A program made the position numbers and the translations under genes. This document shows, one piece after another, positions 24,101-36,490 of a DNA stretch of 64,000 nucleotides (position 1 is the stretch's first letter; every line of letters starts with the position of its first letter). The notes beneath the pieces are model-generated. The model had not been told where the DNA came from. It saw nothing but the letters and a program-made list of their open reading frames with translations, and ran no database searches. Source of the stretch: Blasia pusilla. Taxonomy: Eukaryota. Where the stretch lies: NCBI GenBank assembly GCA_050084515.1, contig CM114271.1:15314001-15378000 (forward strand), in the 5' to 3' direction.

Positions 24101-27100
24101 CTTTCTTCGGGAAGTAATAATATGACCAATGAATTTTGATGAACAAGTATCTACGTACATCTTTTCAGTTGTGAGCTCCGAATTTGACCTAGATAGCGTG
24201 CTAGAGGAACAAGGGATGTAAGCTTTTTGCACTTTTGGAGGACTCACAACATTTGAAAGTTGCGTAATATCTAGTCTACATAGATCTGCGTAATATATAT
24301 CGATTACAGAATTGGATTCTAACCTCGATCATGCCTCACCTCACATGGATTGCGGAACGTCTTACCCATGGATTGCATTCGGGATTCTTTATCGTGCTAG
24401 TTCTCCACATCATGCCCAGTTCTGCGGTTTAATTTTCAATCTTGGAAGTGATTGAAAACTCAAAGTCTTATCAGTGACATAATTGTCGACAACGTTGACG
24501 TCCACTCCGTTCCGGTCCTGCCGCGTTGCACGATTGACCAGTGCAAACTCTTGCACTCCTCCCGGACATGATGAACGTTGGCCAGTAACAGTGCAAACGG
24601 TTTGAGCAAACCCCCGGACTCCTGTACCGCACATTGTCAAGCCTTGGGTTGAGTCCTGATCAGTTCACACGTCAATCAGAGAAAAAAATTTACTGATGCG
24701 GGCAAGATGCGACGTCTGACTTGAAGAGCGGCCTAGACCGTCGTTGGTGAAATATTTACGACGGATTCCACTATCTTATTTGCTCAAGAGCGACGATGCA
24801 TTCATTGACAAATAATTCTTATGTGCACTCGGATCTAGGATAGAGATACACTAGTACTGAGGTCAAGATGTGGGGTAGGTTGTGTAAAAGAGAACACTTT
24901 CGGCACTATCACGAGCCAAAGTTCTGAAGAGTCTTAAGAGTATGACAATTCTGCGAAAAATGCGCAATGGGTACATTTCTGTTTCCACCTCTAGATTCTA
25001 ACTAACACTCGCCATGGCCTTTTCGGATTAGTATCCACATTCTTCAGAACTGTGCGTTCCGTATCCGAAGAATCTACGCTTCAGGTTAACAGTTCCGAGT
25101 CTCAAGATATATGTGAATTTATCACAATTGAGTGGACCCCGTTGGATTCACAATCCAGCTCGTACAAGTCAGATCTTTACCAAAGCTAATGGCGCAGACC
25201 TGCCAAGAGTCGGCAGGAACACATGGGCCGCATTACCCGATCATTACTGTCAATCAAAAATATTAATTTATTATTTATTTATTGAAGTGCGCATACCTTT
25301 ACTAGGATGGAGACCGCGTTTCCGCTGTCTTGCTGACTTCAAAGCTACTGGGATAGCTGTACCGTTACCCTAACGATCATTTCTTGAGAAGTGTATATTG
25401 TATTTTCAAAAATTTCATTGATTTGACCATTTCCTCACACATTCCAAAAAGCCCACATTGCACAAATAAATTTATTTATTTTTTAAATGACTCATCTGTT
25501 TCATAGTCTTTTAATGTAGGGCGGTAGCGTTGACATGTCTTACACATTGGTACCTGAAAATAGTATGCGGAGACTATGGTAACTCAATGTACGTAGTCTA
25601 CGGACTACGTCAATCACAAAACCTTTTGCCCAACGCCACATGTATCGTGCTACCTTGCTGTCAACTTAATTTGCTCTCCTGCCGCGAAAGCGAATTAGTT
25701 ACAATACAAACCACTCGGTCCACAACATAACGAATAAAAGTTATTAAGTGCCTTTAACTATTTTACCTATGACTATGAAAATATAACCTATAACCCTATG
25801 CCCCATGAATATCGAGCATCCATATTTGCTGCCAAAGCAAGTGTTATCCATCTTTGCGGCAACAGATTACCATTTTCGAGTTCACACCTTAAATTCCTTT
25901 GTGACAAGTCGAGGGGAATGTTGTTCATACGGGACAACTTTGGCCGAATGCTTGTCCTCAACAATTCGTCCAACTTTACCTCTGCTCCCACATTTACGAG
26001 TTCTTACATCATAAATCCCCAACTCCTGCTCAATTAGGTTTCGTACAGTACTGACTGTCATCATGCGAAAATGGAGTCAATTGAGTTTCAAAAGTTCTCA
26101 AGAATCAATACAAAGAACATGTACATTCACTGAGTTCCTTACGCTTGCCATCGAATCTGCCTCCGCAGTTTCCGCACCTTTAATTTCGGACAAACCTCAG
26201 CGTAGAAATCCAAATTTAGTTCTAGTAGAGATACATAAATTTGTTGAATTATTTCTCGAAAATCACGATCTCCTCCAGCAAATTGTCTACAGTCTGCTAA
26301 TTTTCTAACAGCTTATAACGTGTGAGTGTAAGCTAACTACTCACTTACTTGAATGTGAGACCCTCACATGATTCATATAACACTCACAGATTGAATACAT
26401 GTCTTTGATCCCCATCGTAGTGGTCCATTGAACGCCGTTCCTCTTCGTATTCAGCTACGCTCTCATATGATAAATTCTACACTTCCGACCGATCTTTGTC
26501 CCCGTATACTTTCTCCGATATCTCAGCGATTGATATAAGGTTGAGTTTAAGTAACTCATGACGATGTATCATTCGACGTGTAAAGAGTAGATGATTCCGT
26601 CTAGGGGATAACAGATCTGCGCACAACGCCTTGCTATTACTTCAGAGAACGAGTACAACGATTAGCGTAAGTGTCCATAACGACTGCACAGATGGCCTAA
26701 TACCCTCACACACATAGATCATCCATTTGTAGAATCAGAACAATAGATTTCAAACTTTTCTTTTCTGGATCTTGCCACGGATAGATCAATAGATTGACCT
26801 CGCTGACATCCATGGGCACAGCGAAGGATTCCTTTTTCTCTGCAACGAATACTCTCGCTTCTTCTTCTTAACGTCAAGGATGCGCAATGTTTGAGTCCCT
26901 CCTCAAAAGATAGATAGAAGCGTTAACAGAGGTTCGCCTCAGGCTCCACTGCACGGAGGAGATCTAAAGCTGTAAGTAATATGTTAATCAATTCAGTCTT
27001 TAACACACGATTGTCGAAATTTGGAAAAACCAACCGTCTCTTTCAAAACATACACACGTACTTAGCTCACCAGTTTGTCCCGACAGACGATGGCTAGCTT

Positions 27101-28438
27101 CACTACCACATTAACGCAAATGAAGAGAACTGCGCACAGACACAGTATAGTACAGCTTCAAGGTGTTCGTTCTGGATAACCGCATGCGCATGCCATTTCC
27201 TCCTGCTTTGATGCACATTTAGCGCCGATTCGGAAATTCACAACGCCTGTCACACGAATTCAACATTAGTCATAAGCGATCGACATATTAGTCGTACGGG
27301 ATCGAAACTTAGGACACTGGTTCCATCCTCCAAAATCATTGAAGTGAGACGCAGACGTACGATGGAGCAAGTATATTAAGTTTTGGATGAACCACCGCGA
27401 CGGCTGGAGGAGCTCCACGTCCCAAGCCATATTTGATTTCGTAGAACCGTCCATCGAAGAGTAAATCATCTTATCGATTGCATCGTCTGCTGCACTGCGA
27501 AACTAATGCATAGAAATCTTTACATAACTTTGAAAGGTGTAATCATGATTAAGTGGAGAATCTCTGATCGCCAGACTCACAGTTTCTCACAGTGTCATGG
27601 AACAATATCTACCACCCGGCCAAGCTGATTCAGTACCTTCTCTGTAACTCGCATTGAGTGGAGACGGCGGAAACCTTACCAGTTGCCAATCGTGCACAAC
27701 TATACAGTGGGCCAAAGACCTCTGGTGAACAGGACAAGCACCTTCTCAATACATATTCATCGCGTGCTGGGATCTTTCGGTTTCGCTCCCGGAAGTAGCG
27801 CTAGTGGAAGTGGACCGCTCACAGCCACGCATCTACACAGCTTGATCACCTTCCAAGCTCGCCTGAAATGAGGAACCTGTTGATTCTCGGTTCAAATTCA
27901 CGAATTTATCCCGGCAGTCGGGCATTGCGGAGTTGCATCAACTGGCAGGAATGTTTACCACCCATTTCCGGCCGGACAGAAAGATCTGCAAGGAGAAATG
28001 ATCGTGATACGATAGATCATCTCTCGGCCCTCCGAGAGAGTCGGTACCAATCGTCCATATGCATATAAACATTCCCGAGTACACGCACCCGTGGTATGAA
28101 CATACGTCCGACACATGGAGTACTTCTAGGACATCAATCATGTCGGGACATATTTTGAATCAACCAACACTTGCAAAGTCGAGGCGTTGCCCGAATGGAG
28201 CGTCGGTTTCACAGAAGCCTGCCTGAGAACAATATCTCAACCTGCCAAAAGCGGCAAAATTATGGTGAGTAGCTGACTAGCTCGACCTCAGATCACTGTT
28301 GAATTAGACTATTTAACGGACTACCTTGCCCTTCCCTCTTAATTCCAGGATTAAAGATCGTCGCTAGCAGAGGGCCAATTCCCGGCACAAATACGCATGC
28401 CTTACGATACCTGGTCGCTCAGGACTCCGTTCACTAAC

Positions 28439-28539
28439 ACCTTGGCTCTGTTATTCATCAACACCTCGGCAGCTCCTCAGAGTCCCGAAGTATAGGCCGG
28501 CCAGGAGAACGAAGATGTTGATGAACAAGAGAGCAAAGC
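28439..28539 (-). ncRNA. Candidate pre-miRNA hairpin
   Basis: Minus-strand arms GCUUUGCUCUCUUGUUCAUCAACAUCUUCGUUCUCCU and AGGAGCUGCCGAGGUGUUGAUGAAUAACAGAGCCAAGGU pair over about 35 nt with few mismatches. A TATATATA box lies about 700 bp upstream (about 29243). Confidence 0.45.
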
Positions 28540-31500
28540 TGGAGCACAGACGATTGAAGAAATACTGCATACTCGAACTGGTAGCGATCAATTCTTGGGC
28601 GTACCCTAATATCAATTGTGTCCGCGCCGTCAAAAGTTATGCTTCCTGATCGAGGGATCAAGGGCGCTCGACTTTCTGCCTGTAGTGTTGGACGCATGTC
28701 ACGAACTTCCGAATTTATGTTCGATTAGCAGGGAAGCTAATCTTAAAGTGTCCCACATCACCATAGCTGTAGAGGAATCTGAAGTCGGATGGACCCGGTT
28801 TCATAAGTTGATGTTGCGTGTTGCTTTCGAAGCCTCGGTTGACGGATCTGTTCAGAGCTCGAGACTTTGGCGGTGGTCATGCATGACTCCAAAAGGTCAG
28901 TTCATAACTTCAATAACTTCAGGAAGCCGGATCTTCTTGAACGTAGATCATAACGTGGACAGCGGACAAAACGCCAACTACAGGAGATGACGCCCGATGA
29001 TACATCCTCAACAATGTCCTACTGCGTCAAAAGCTATTCAATATATTTATGCACGGACTGTTGGAGAGAAGGCCACAATTTAGGGGACGAGTGCTTCGAC
29101 GGGCCTGGGCCACCTTTTCTTTGAAAAACATGCCTACATTCTCGGACAAAACGATGCACCTGTCACCTGCACGATTCTTCAAGGCTCCTAAATCGGGTAG
29201 CAACGCGAAAAGACTCTTGTTGTCCAACACCGATTGAGTGCTATATATAAGCACACGCTAGAACTCGGGTTAAATACGCGTCCTGTTCAGTGGTCCCTCC
29301 GATCCGAGTCGGCTGTCGCTTGCCAGGGCCACACGCTGGCAGTCAACTCTCGGTTATTCTCTTGAACTCCCGGCCCTACAGTGAGAAAAGAGTAAACCAC
29401 GTACCACATATCTACTGCCATCGATCGACATCACAAAATCGTGTAGCTCTCTCTACAATGCCATATGTCAGTAACTCGAAATCGACGTACAACAAGCGAG
29501 TCTCAACGTCCTCTCGTATCGTCTGTCCGCGAGCAGCAGCATCACGCGCGTAACTCAATGGCCAGCCAGCATCATGGTAATTTTCCTCTCAAAAGCGAAA
29601 AGAAACTACGTACAAAATCGATCTTCGTACCATGCCAATCATCTCCACAAAACTTAGCCCGGGAGAGTAGAAAATCATTACATCATCGCCGCAGGTTCAA
29701 TTCTTCCCCGCGAACTCATCATCATCAGCTGACCCTCGCGCGCAATTTCTTCACAATCGTTTCCAACCATTCTAGAGTTCGGGACAGGTCAGTATATGAC
29801 CAGTAGTCGGTGGACGTCGCTCCGATCGTCATCCGTAGACGCCAAAATACCGCACGCTATGATTCGTGGATCTCTGACACGAAAGTACTGTCAGAAATTC
29901 CCCGCTCAGATCAACGGGCGGTGGAGATTCAATCGACAAGGACCACAATCGGCCCCGCCATGACGTGGATCCATTCGGGAATTTAAAGTTCTCAGGTTTA
30001 CAGTTACCGTGAGCCGTTGGAATTTTACAGGGATCTCATATTCCACGACCTGCCACGTGGTTCTCCAGTGGTAAACTTCACAATTTCACAATCCCTGCTA
30101 GACAAAACAAGCAACTCATGAAATACTTGACCAGCCCCTTTTTGAAAGTTAGCGTTATTCCTTGCCCATTTTAAACGTGTACAATAATCCAAGCCGAATT
30201 TTCAAACGCGAATTATTTTGGAAAAAATGAAAAAATTGAGATGATTGAGATGATTGCGTGTTGCGTAAGCTAAGTCTAAGTCACCATTAAGAAAATAAAA
30301 TTGATTTTAGGTGAAGAAATTGTTTTGAGAAAGGAGAAGAAATCGCCTTACGGAGAACTAAGTGAGGAAAACTATATCTATTTTTTTTTTAAAGTAGCAA
30401 CCGTGCCCGAAGAATTCTAGATTTTTAAAGATCTCACAAAATTCTGTAAAACTCCACAAATGTGTAGTATTATTAGGCTAAAACCCTCGTCCTCGGGTTA
30501 GAAAACCCGAGGTTGGGTTAGTTGATCTTGGTCCTTCTTTGGAATCCTCTTGTTAACTAAATTTATATATTTTAGGATTCCCCCCCCCCCCATGTAGCAC
30601 AATTGGCAACTCCTCCCCGTGCAGAACAGCCGATTGGGTGTTCGGATCCAGCTTGTGGCCTCCGTTTTTCCTAAGACTTAGCGTTCCTCACAGATTATTT
30701 CGAGTATTTTCATTAAATAAACATTGTGCAAGATAAATCTTTTTATTAAAGTATATCTCAATGAAAAATCTAAACTTATAAAAAACTTGATGAAAATAAT
30801 TTCAGATTTTTTTAAAATTTTAATTAAAAAATTATCTAAAAATTTTCAAAAAGAAGTTACCTAGAAATCTAGCATTACTACGTGATAATGCAAAAAAAAT
30901 AGAGCCTTAATTATTTTAAGAATTTATCCCATACCTAAACAGCATATATTTTATATTACATGGCCTTGGGGTAGGGTTGGAAGAATTTTAAAAAAATCCA
31001 TTTACACAAATGGAGTTTAACCTTACAATGCCTAGAATAAATAAAATAAAGCTTAGAGTATACCCTAAAGGTCTTCATATTTAAAATTCCAATTTATTAG
31101 AAAAGTAAACCTTATTGGAAGAACTTTTCTAGCTTTTCATGGGGTCACTTTACTAGTTATTTATCGTTGCCCAATTGCCTTAAAATAGGCATGGTGTAAC
31201 TATTTATCATTTTCCAACGCATAAAATGCTACACACTTCCTATCCGAGGTCCGTCCGGATGGTTTTGCTGAACGTTCAGACGGTAATTTTTCCCAGTCTG
31301 AGTCCCTTTCTAGGGCGACTTCAAGAGAATCCACTAGAATCTTCAGGAAAGAGGCAGAAATATGCGATCTACCAGGCGGCCTGATTCTTTCTGCCCGGCC
31401 AGGTACACGGCGGACCCAAGAGTCCTTCCGCAGTTTGATGATGAATGAGTTACAATTGAAAAAAGAAAAATAACAAAGTCGACAACTTCGTGAAAAGACT

Positions 31501-31888
31501 TGAGGAACATACTATACGCTGCGCACCTACAAGTATCAGGCTATACTAGCCTGTCAATGACAGGGTTGCACCATAAAATCTCTACAGTAAAGGCTGTAAG
31601 GATGAGCTGGTCCTTGGAGACGCTGGAGATGCTGTTATGGCCATTGGCCGTGTGGGCTCGCGCCTTCGAGGAGATCTGTCAGCTCCCAACTTGATAGAAG
31701 ATGACAGAGTTCGGTCTTCTTCACTGGCGGAATAGAATGGAAGAGTCCTGAGTAATTCCTCTGATCGCTGGATCCGGCAGGCCATTATGGTGTGGCCACG
31801 GTGGGGAGGGTAGGACGCGGAATTCCAGGAACGTATGGGATCGAAGACTCGAAGTTCGAACGACCGATGATGAGTGAATGCTTAGTTT

Positions 31889-31917
31889 GCAACGCAACGC
31901 AACGCAACGCAACGCAA
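31889..31917. repeat. (GCAAC)n microsatellite
   Basis: About six consecutive GCAAC units. Confidence 0.9.
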
Positions 31918-34399
31918 CCATTGCAAGATTTTGTCAGCGACCTACGAGCCAATTGGCAGAGGCAATCTCCATGGACTAGACAGGAATGCTAGTGTTTCTC
32001 GCCTGGTTTGTGCCAGAGAGGTAGGTACTAATGATTACTTCCAAGGTTACTCTACTCTACTCTACGTATATTATATGTGTATTCGTATTCAGGTAGCCTT
32101 CCATTTATGCTGTGGACGATCCTGCGGCGAGGTGGAAAAGCGAGAGAGAATTTGAAGAAAGCGTATTAATGAAGTCAGTTATCGGATTGTCTTCTTCTTC
32201 AGCATTCTCGTGATTATTTTTGTGAGTTTTTCCCGTGATGGAGATGATCTCAAATGTTTCTTTTAATGTGGAAGAGAACAGGAACATTGACTAACGAAGG
32301 GATTCCCATGGTCATAGAAATAGCCCCTGAGCCTGTTGAAAGGGGAATATGTGAAATCACCGCCCGCCCTGTCACTGTTACGTATGCATCAAAGTCCATA
32401 GCGGGGTACATTTATCACAATTGACCCGAGTCCAAATAGCATGAATCGATGTTAAAATCCCGGCGCCATGCCTTCCAGATAAATAAGCTTAAATAAAAGA
32501 GGTAGCAACCCGACAGTTGGAAAGGAAAAGAACTTCCACCGTGGCCTCGGAACTGAGTACGAACATTACCTAACTCATCTTTCGTCAAAGTCTTTTTCTT
32601 AAAATCCAATCTGCTTGTCCGAATGGCCGGAATCGGGGGGATAATCATGTAGATGTTGGAGAATTCTAGAGTGTAGAGTGCGTGGAGACCTAAAGAGCAT
32701 ACAAGAAAAAGGTAAAGGTCTTCTGATCCGACAAGCAAGTTAAAACATACTATTGAAAAGATGTAGGGAGCATCTGGATTATTAAGGTTGCAGAAACTCT
32801 TTCCTAAAGAAAAAAAAAGTAGTGCTTCCCGCTTCGGTGGGCGAAGTTTGCATGTGTGGGAAAAGTCCATATTAGTACCTGCCATGGGAAAAGATTTTAA
32901 ATTAAATGTGATACAATTCCAAAATTAGATTGTCCATCGATTCTGGAGGGCATAGTAAAGATGAATAATATGTGGTGCATTATTACCATAATATTAAGTG
33001 ACGTCAGTACTGGTACTACTACCCTGGTAGTAGTACCAGTATTTACTATAAGAAATCCCTCTCAAACAATTCTATACACTAAACAAATTTCACGTACCTT
33101 CCACATATTTTTGAATTATGTGGTCAAAGTAAGTGGATGGATTCAACGGACAAGAAAATCGTGTTTTGATTAATATGACTAGATCGGAGAATACGGTAGA
33201 ATAGATGTTGAGATAAACAAAAGAAGAAATTTTTACTCTACCTATCTCCTCGATTATCCTTTTAATTGCATGGTCATAACTTTCCTATTTGTCTACCTTA
33301 CTATAACACTACCATATTATAATATCAAATATTAAGAAGTATGGAGTGGAAAGGTTTAGACATGCTAGCCAACTTCTCCGTTTTTGTCTATATTTCTAAC
33401 AAGTCTTGACGGGCCAGCCCCATAATACAATAAGAAAGGAATGAGTTGATTAGAGAGTGTAGTTATACAAAGTTTGATATAGATTTTAATTTCATTAGTC
33501 TTCAATATGATGCAAAGGAGAGATGAATACAATAGTGTGAAAAAATGAAATATTACAATACATAAATGTTCATGTTCCTTTGAGAACCAATGTTTAACAA
33601 TCTAATACACTCCAAAGATGAATACATGAAAATATTGAATTACTATCATTTCTCAACAAACAAAATGCTACAATATAGAGATGTTCCATTACAAAACAAC
33701 AAAACAAATGTTGTATCGAATACTAAGGGTTTATACCATAGACCATATACAAATGCCAATAGTTAAATATATATATATATATATATATGAAATCATAAAG
33801 ATCGTGAATACAAAATGATGGCTAACACGACGAAACATAAAGATAGTGAATACATAGTGACGATTAACATATTGAAAGCCTAAGCCGTAGAAGTTATTCA
33901 TCCAGTAATATTTCTCGACGTCATGATGTGAATATGCTAGAGCATTGTGATGCAACTCCATGAAATATTGTGTTCTACACGCACCTAGAAGGGAACCGCA
34001 AAGTATTGGCTTTAAGCTGGGGTCGTAATTAAATACTACCTTCCTGAAAGTTTTCAAATGTAGGTAGAGGAACTATGTTTAGTATAATAGTCAAAAATTA
34101 ATAAATATCCCCAAAAATATTTTCTTTAAAAAAACTTCAATTATAGTATATGTCACCGATTTATAAATTTTTCAACTTTATTGAAACGAGGCTCATTTTT
34201 AAGAATTTCTTTAAACATTAAATGAATTTCAAATAAATGTGATTTTTTTTACCAGCTATTTCTCTTGTCATGTCCATACACATTGTTTTAATCCTCAACA
34301 TAACTAATAAATAATGCTCAAAATCACATTCAAATATATAAACTAGACACACATATTGTCATGTATTAAAACGAGCTTAAGTCATGGTATGCTTCACCT

Positions 34400-36490
34400 C
34401 TAAACTCGTCTGTTGAGGGGGAGAATATGACTGTAAACCAACAGACTTTGCCTTCAAATTCCCCAAGTACTAGTGTAGGTCCTAGATTCGTCAATTGAAT
34501 CTGTAAGTCCATGGACGGGAAGAGTACGTATTCAATCTGTTGACACTAGTCAAAGCTCGAATCAAATGTAAGAGGCATCTACCCCTGAAGAACAACTTCG
34601 TAAATAAAGTAGAGTTACACATCCAGTTCATAAATTCATAAATGAAGGTTTCCTTGCGACACATCATGCATATATGATGACTACCCTTCAAGAAGAGGAG
34701 CCAATGGATTGAAGCTATGGAGGAAGAGCTTGCTGCATTAAGACATCAACAGACATGGGAGCTGGCTGATATACCTTTCGATAAGGAAGCTATTATTTGC
34801 AAATGGGTTAACAAAATCAAGCGCAATCACGATGGTACAATTAACAGATACAAAGCGAGATTGGTGGCTAAGGGATATGCACAAGAATATGGCATCGATT
34901 ATTAGGAAATATTTAGTCCTGTTGCAAAGAGGGTGACTACGAGAACATTGGTTGCACTTTCAGTAAGTAAGAAGTGAAGATTACATCACATGGATGTCAA
35001 GAATGCCTTCTTGAATGGAGATCTATACGAGGAGGTATATATGACTCAACCACCTGGATATGAGCATCTTAAGTTTCCATTTTGCGTATGCAGGTTGAAG
35101 AAAGCTCTATACAGGCTCAAACAAGCTCTAAGAGCTTGGTATGGCAAGATTACATACGTCCTACAAGAGTTGGGTTTTAAGGTATGTGATTCTGACTCCT
35201 CATTATATGTCTTGAGAGAACAGGATCAGACGCTTCTCATTGTGTTGTATGTTGACAATCTCCTGATTACTGGGAGTACTAAAGAAATGGTACAACAAGT
35301 CAAGTTGAAGTTACAAGCAGAATTTGATATGAAGGACTTGGAAGAACTCAAGTACTTCCTTGGTATTGAGTTTATCAAGGTTGGAGAGACCAGGTGGTTA
35401 CAACAACAATAATATGCTCTTCATATGCTTTCCAACTATAGTATAACGGCTTGTAAGCCTATCTCTATAGCCGTTGGATCAGAGTGTGAAGCTAAGAGTG
35501 GATGAAGGAGGGTTGCTTGCAGATGCAGGTGTATGGTTGGAAGTTTGATCTATCTAACTATAACCAGGCGAGATTTGAGCTCTGTTGTTGGCCTAGTGAG
35601 CCAATTTAAGCAAGCACCTCGAAAATCTCTCCTTGATGTTGTGAGGAGGATTATGCGATATGTGAAATTCTCTGTTCAATTTGGGCTTCAATTTGAACCT
35701 TCTCCGAGTTTTCAATTATATGGATTCACATATGTTGATTGGGCAGGAAGCGTGTCTGATCGATACTCCACATCCGGTCATTCATTTATTTTGGAAAGCC
35801 CAGCTATAAGTTAAGCTTCAAAGAAGCAATCTACAATTACTTTATCTTCAACAGAGGCTAAGTACAGAGGAGCAACAAATGCAGCATGTGAGGTAGTGTG
35901 GCTTCATTGATTAGTAATTTAGGAGCTAGTGTAATATATGCATACAATATTAGTAGCATCAAGCTTGCTAGTTCCCTGTGTTTCATGCTCGTACAAAGCA
36001 TATTGAGGTGCACTATCATTTTATCAAAGAAAAAGTGCTTGCCGGAGAAATTGATCTTGTGTATATAGGTACAGATCAGCAAATTGCTGACATCTTTACA
36101 AAGGCATTGTCTAGAGATAAGTTTGAGATGTTTGGAAATAATCTAGGCGTTAGAGATATCGATATGAGCTTGAGGGGGAGTATTGAAGATTGAGTTACAA
36201 TCAAACTCATGAAAGACCTGAACTGCTACATTTGGTACTCACACAAAGTAGGGAAGCTTAATCTTGGTTAGTCAATTAAGCGCAATTATCTTAACTAGGG
36301 TTAGTTAATCACAGTTAGTCTATCTCAAGACTATGGTTAAGGTTAGGGTTAGGATTGCTTGTACATACCCTATATAATTGAGAAGGGGACCAACCTCTAC
36401 TCATTCTCCCATTGCAAATTTTGTTCTCCATGGTGGTGTGAATGTGAGAGCCGTTTCCCACCAATTATGCTTCTTTAGCAGTTTTCCACA
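34400..36490 (+). mobile_element. 5'-truncated, degenerate Ty1/Copia element: RT, RNase H, PPT, 3' LTR
   Basis: [50 protein letters not shown] (YVDD mutated), DWAG, FHARTKHIEVHYHF and QIADIFTKAL. PPT TGAGGGGGAG (36171-36180), then LTR 36181-36490. Confidence 0.95.

Noticed and set aside
22100-33000. Protein-coding gene in the central single-copy-looking block
   Set aside because: Only short ORFs without recognisable motifs, and no consistent exon chain could be assembled by eye.
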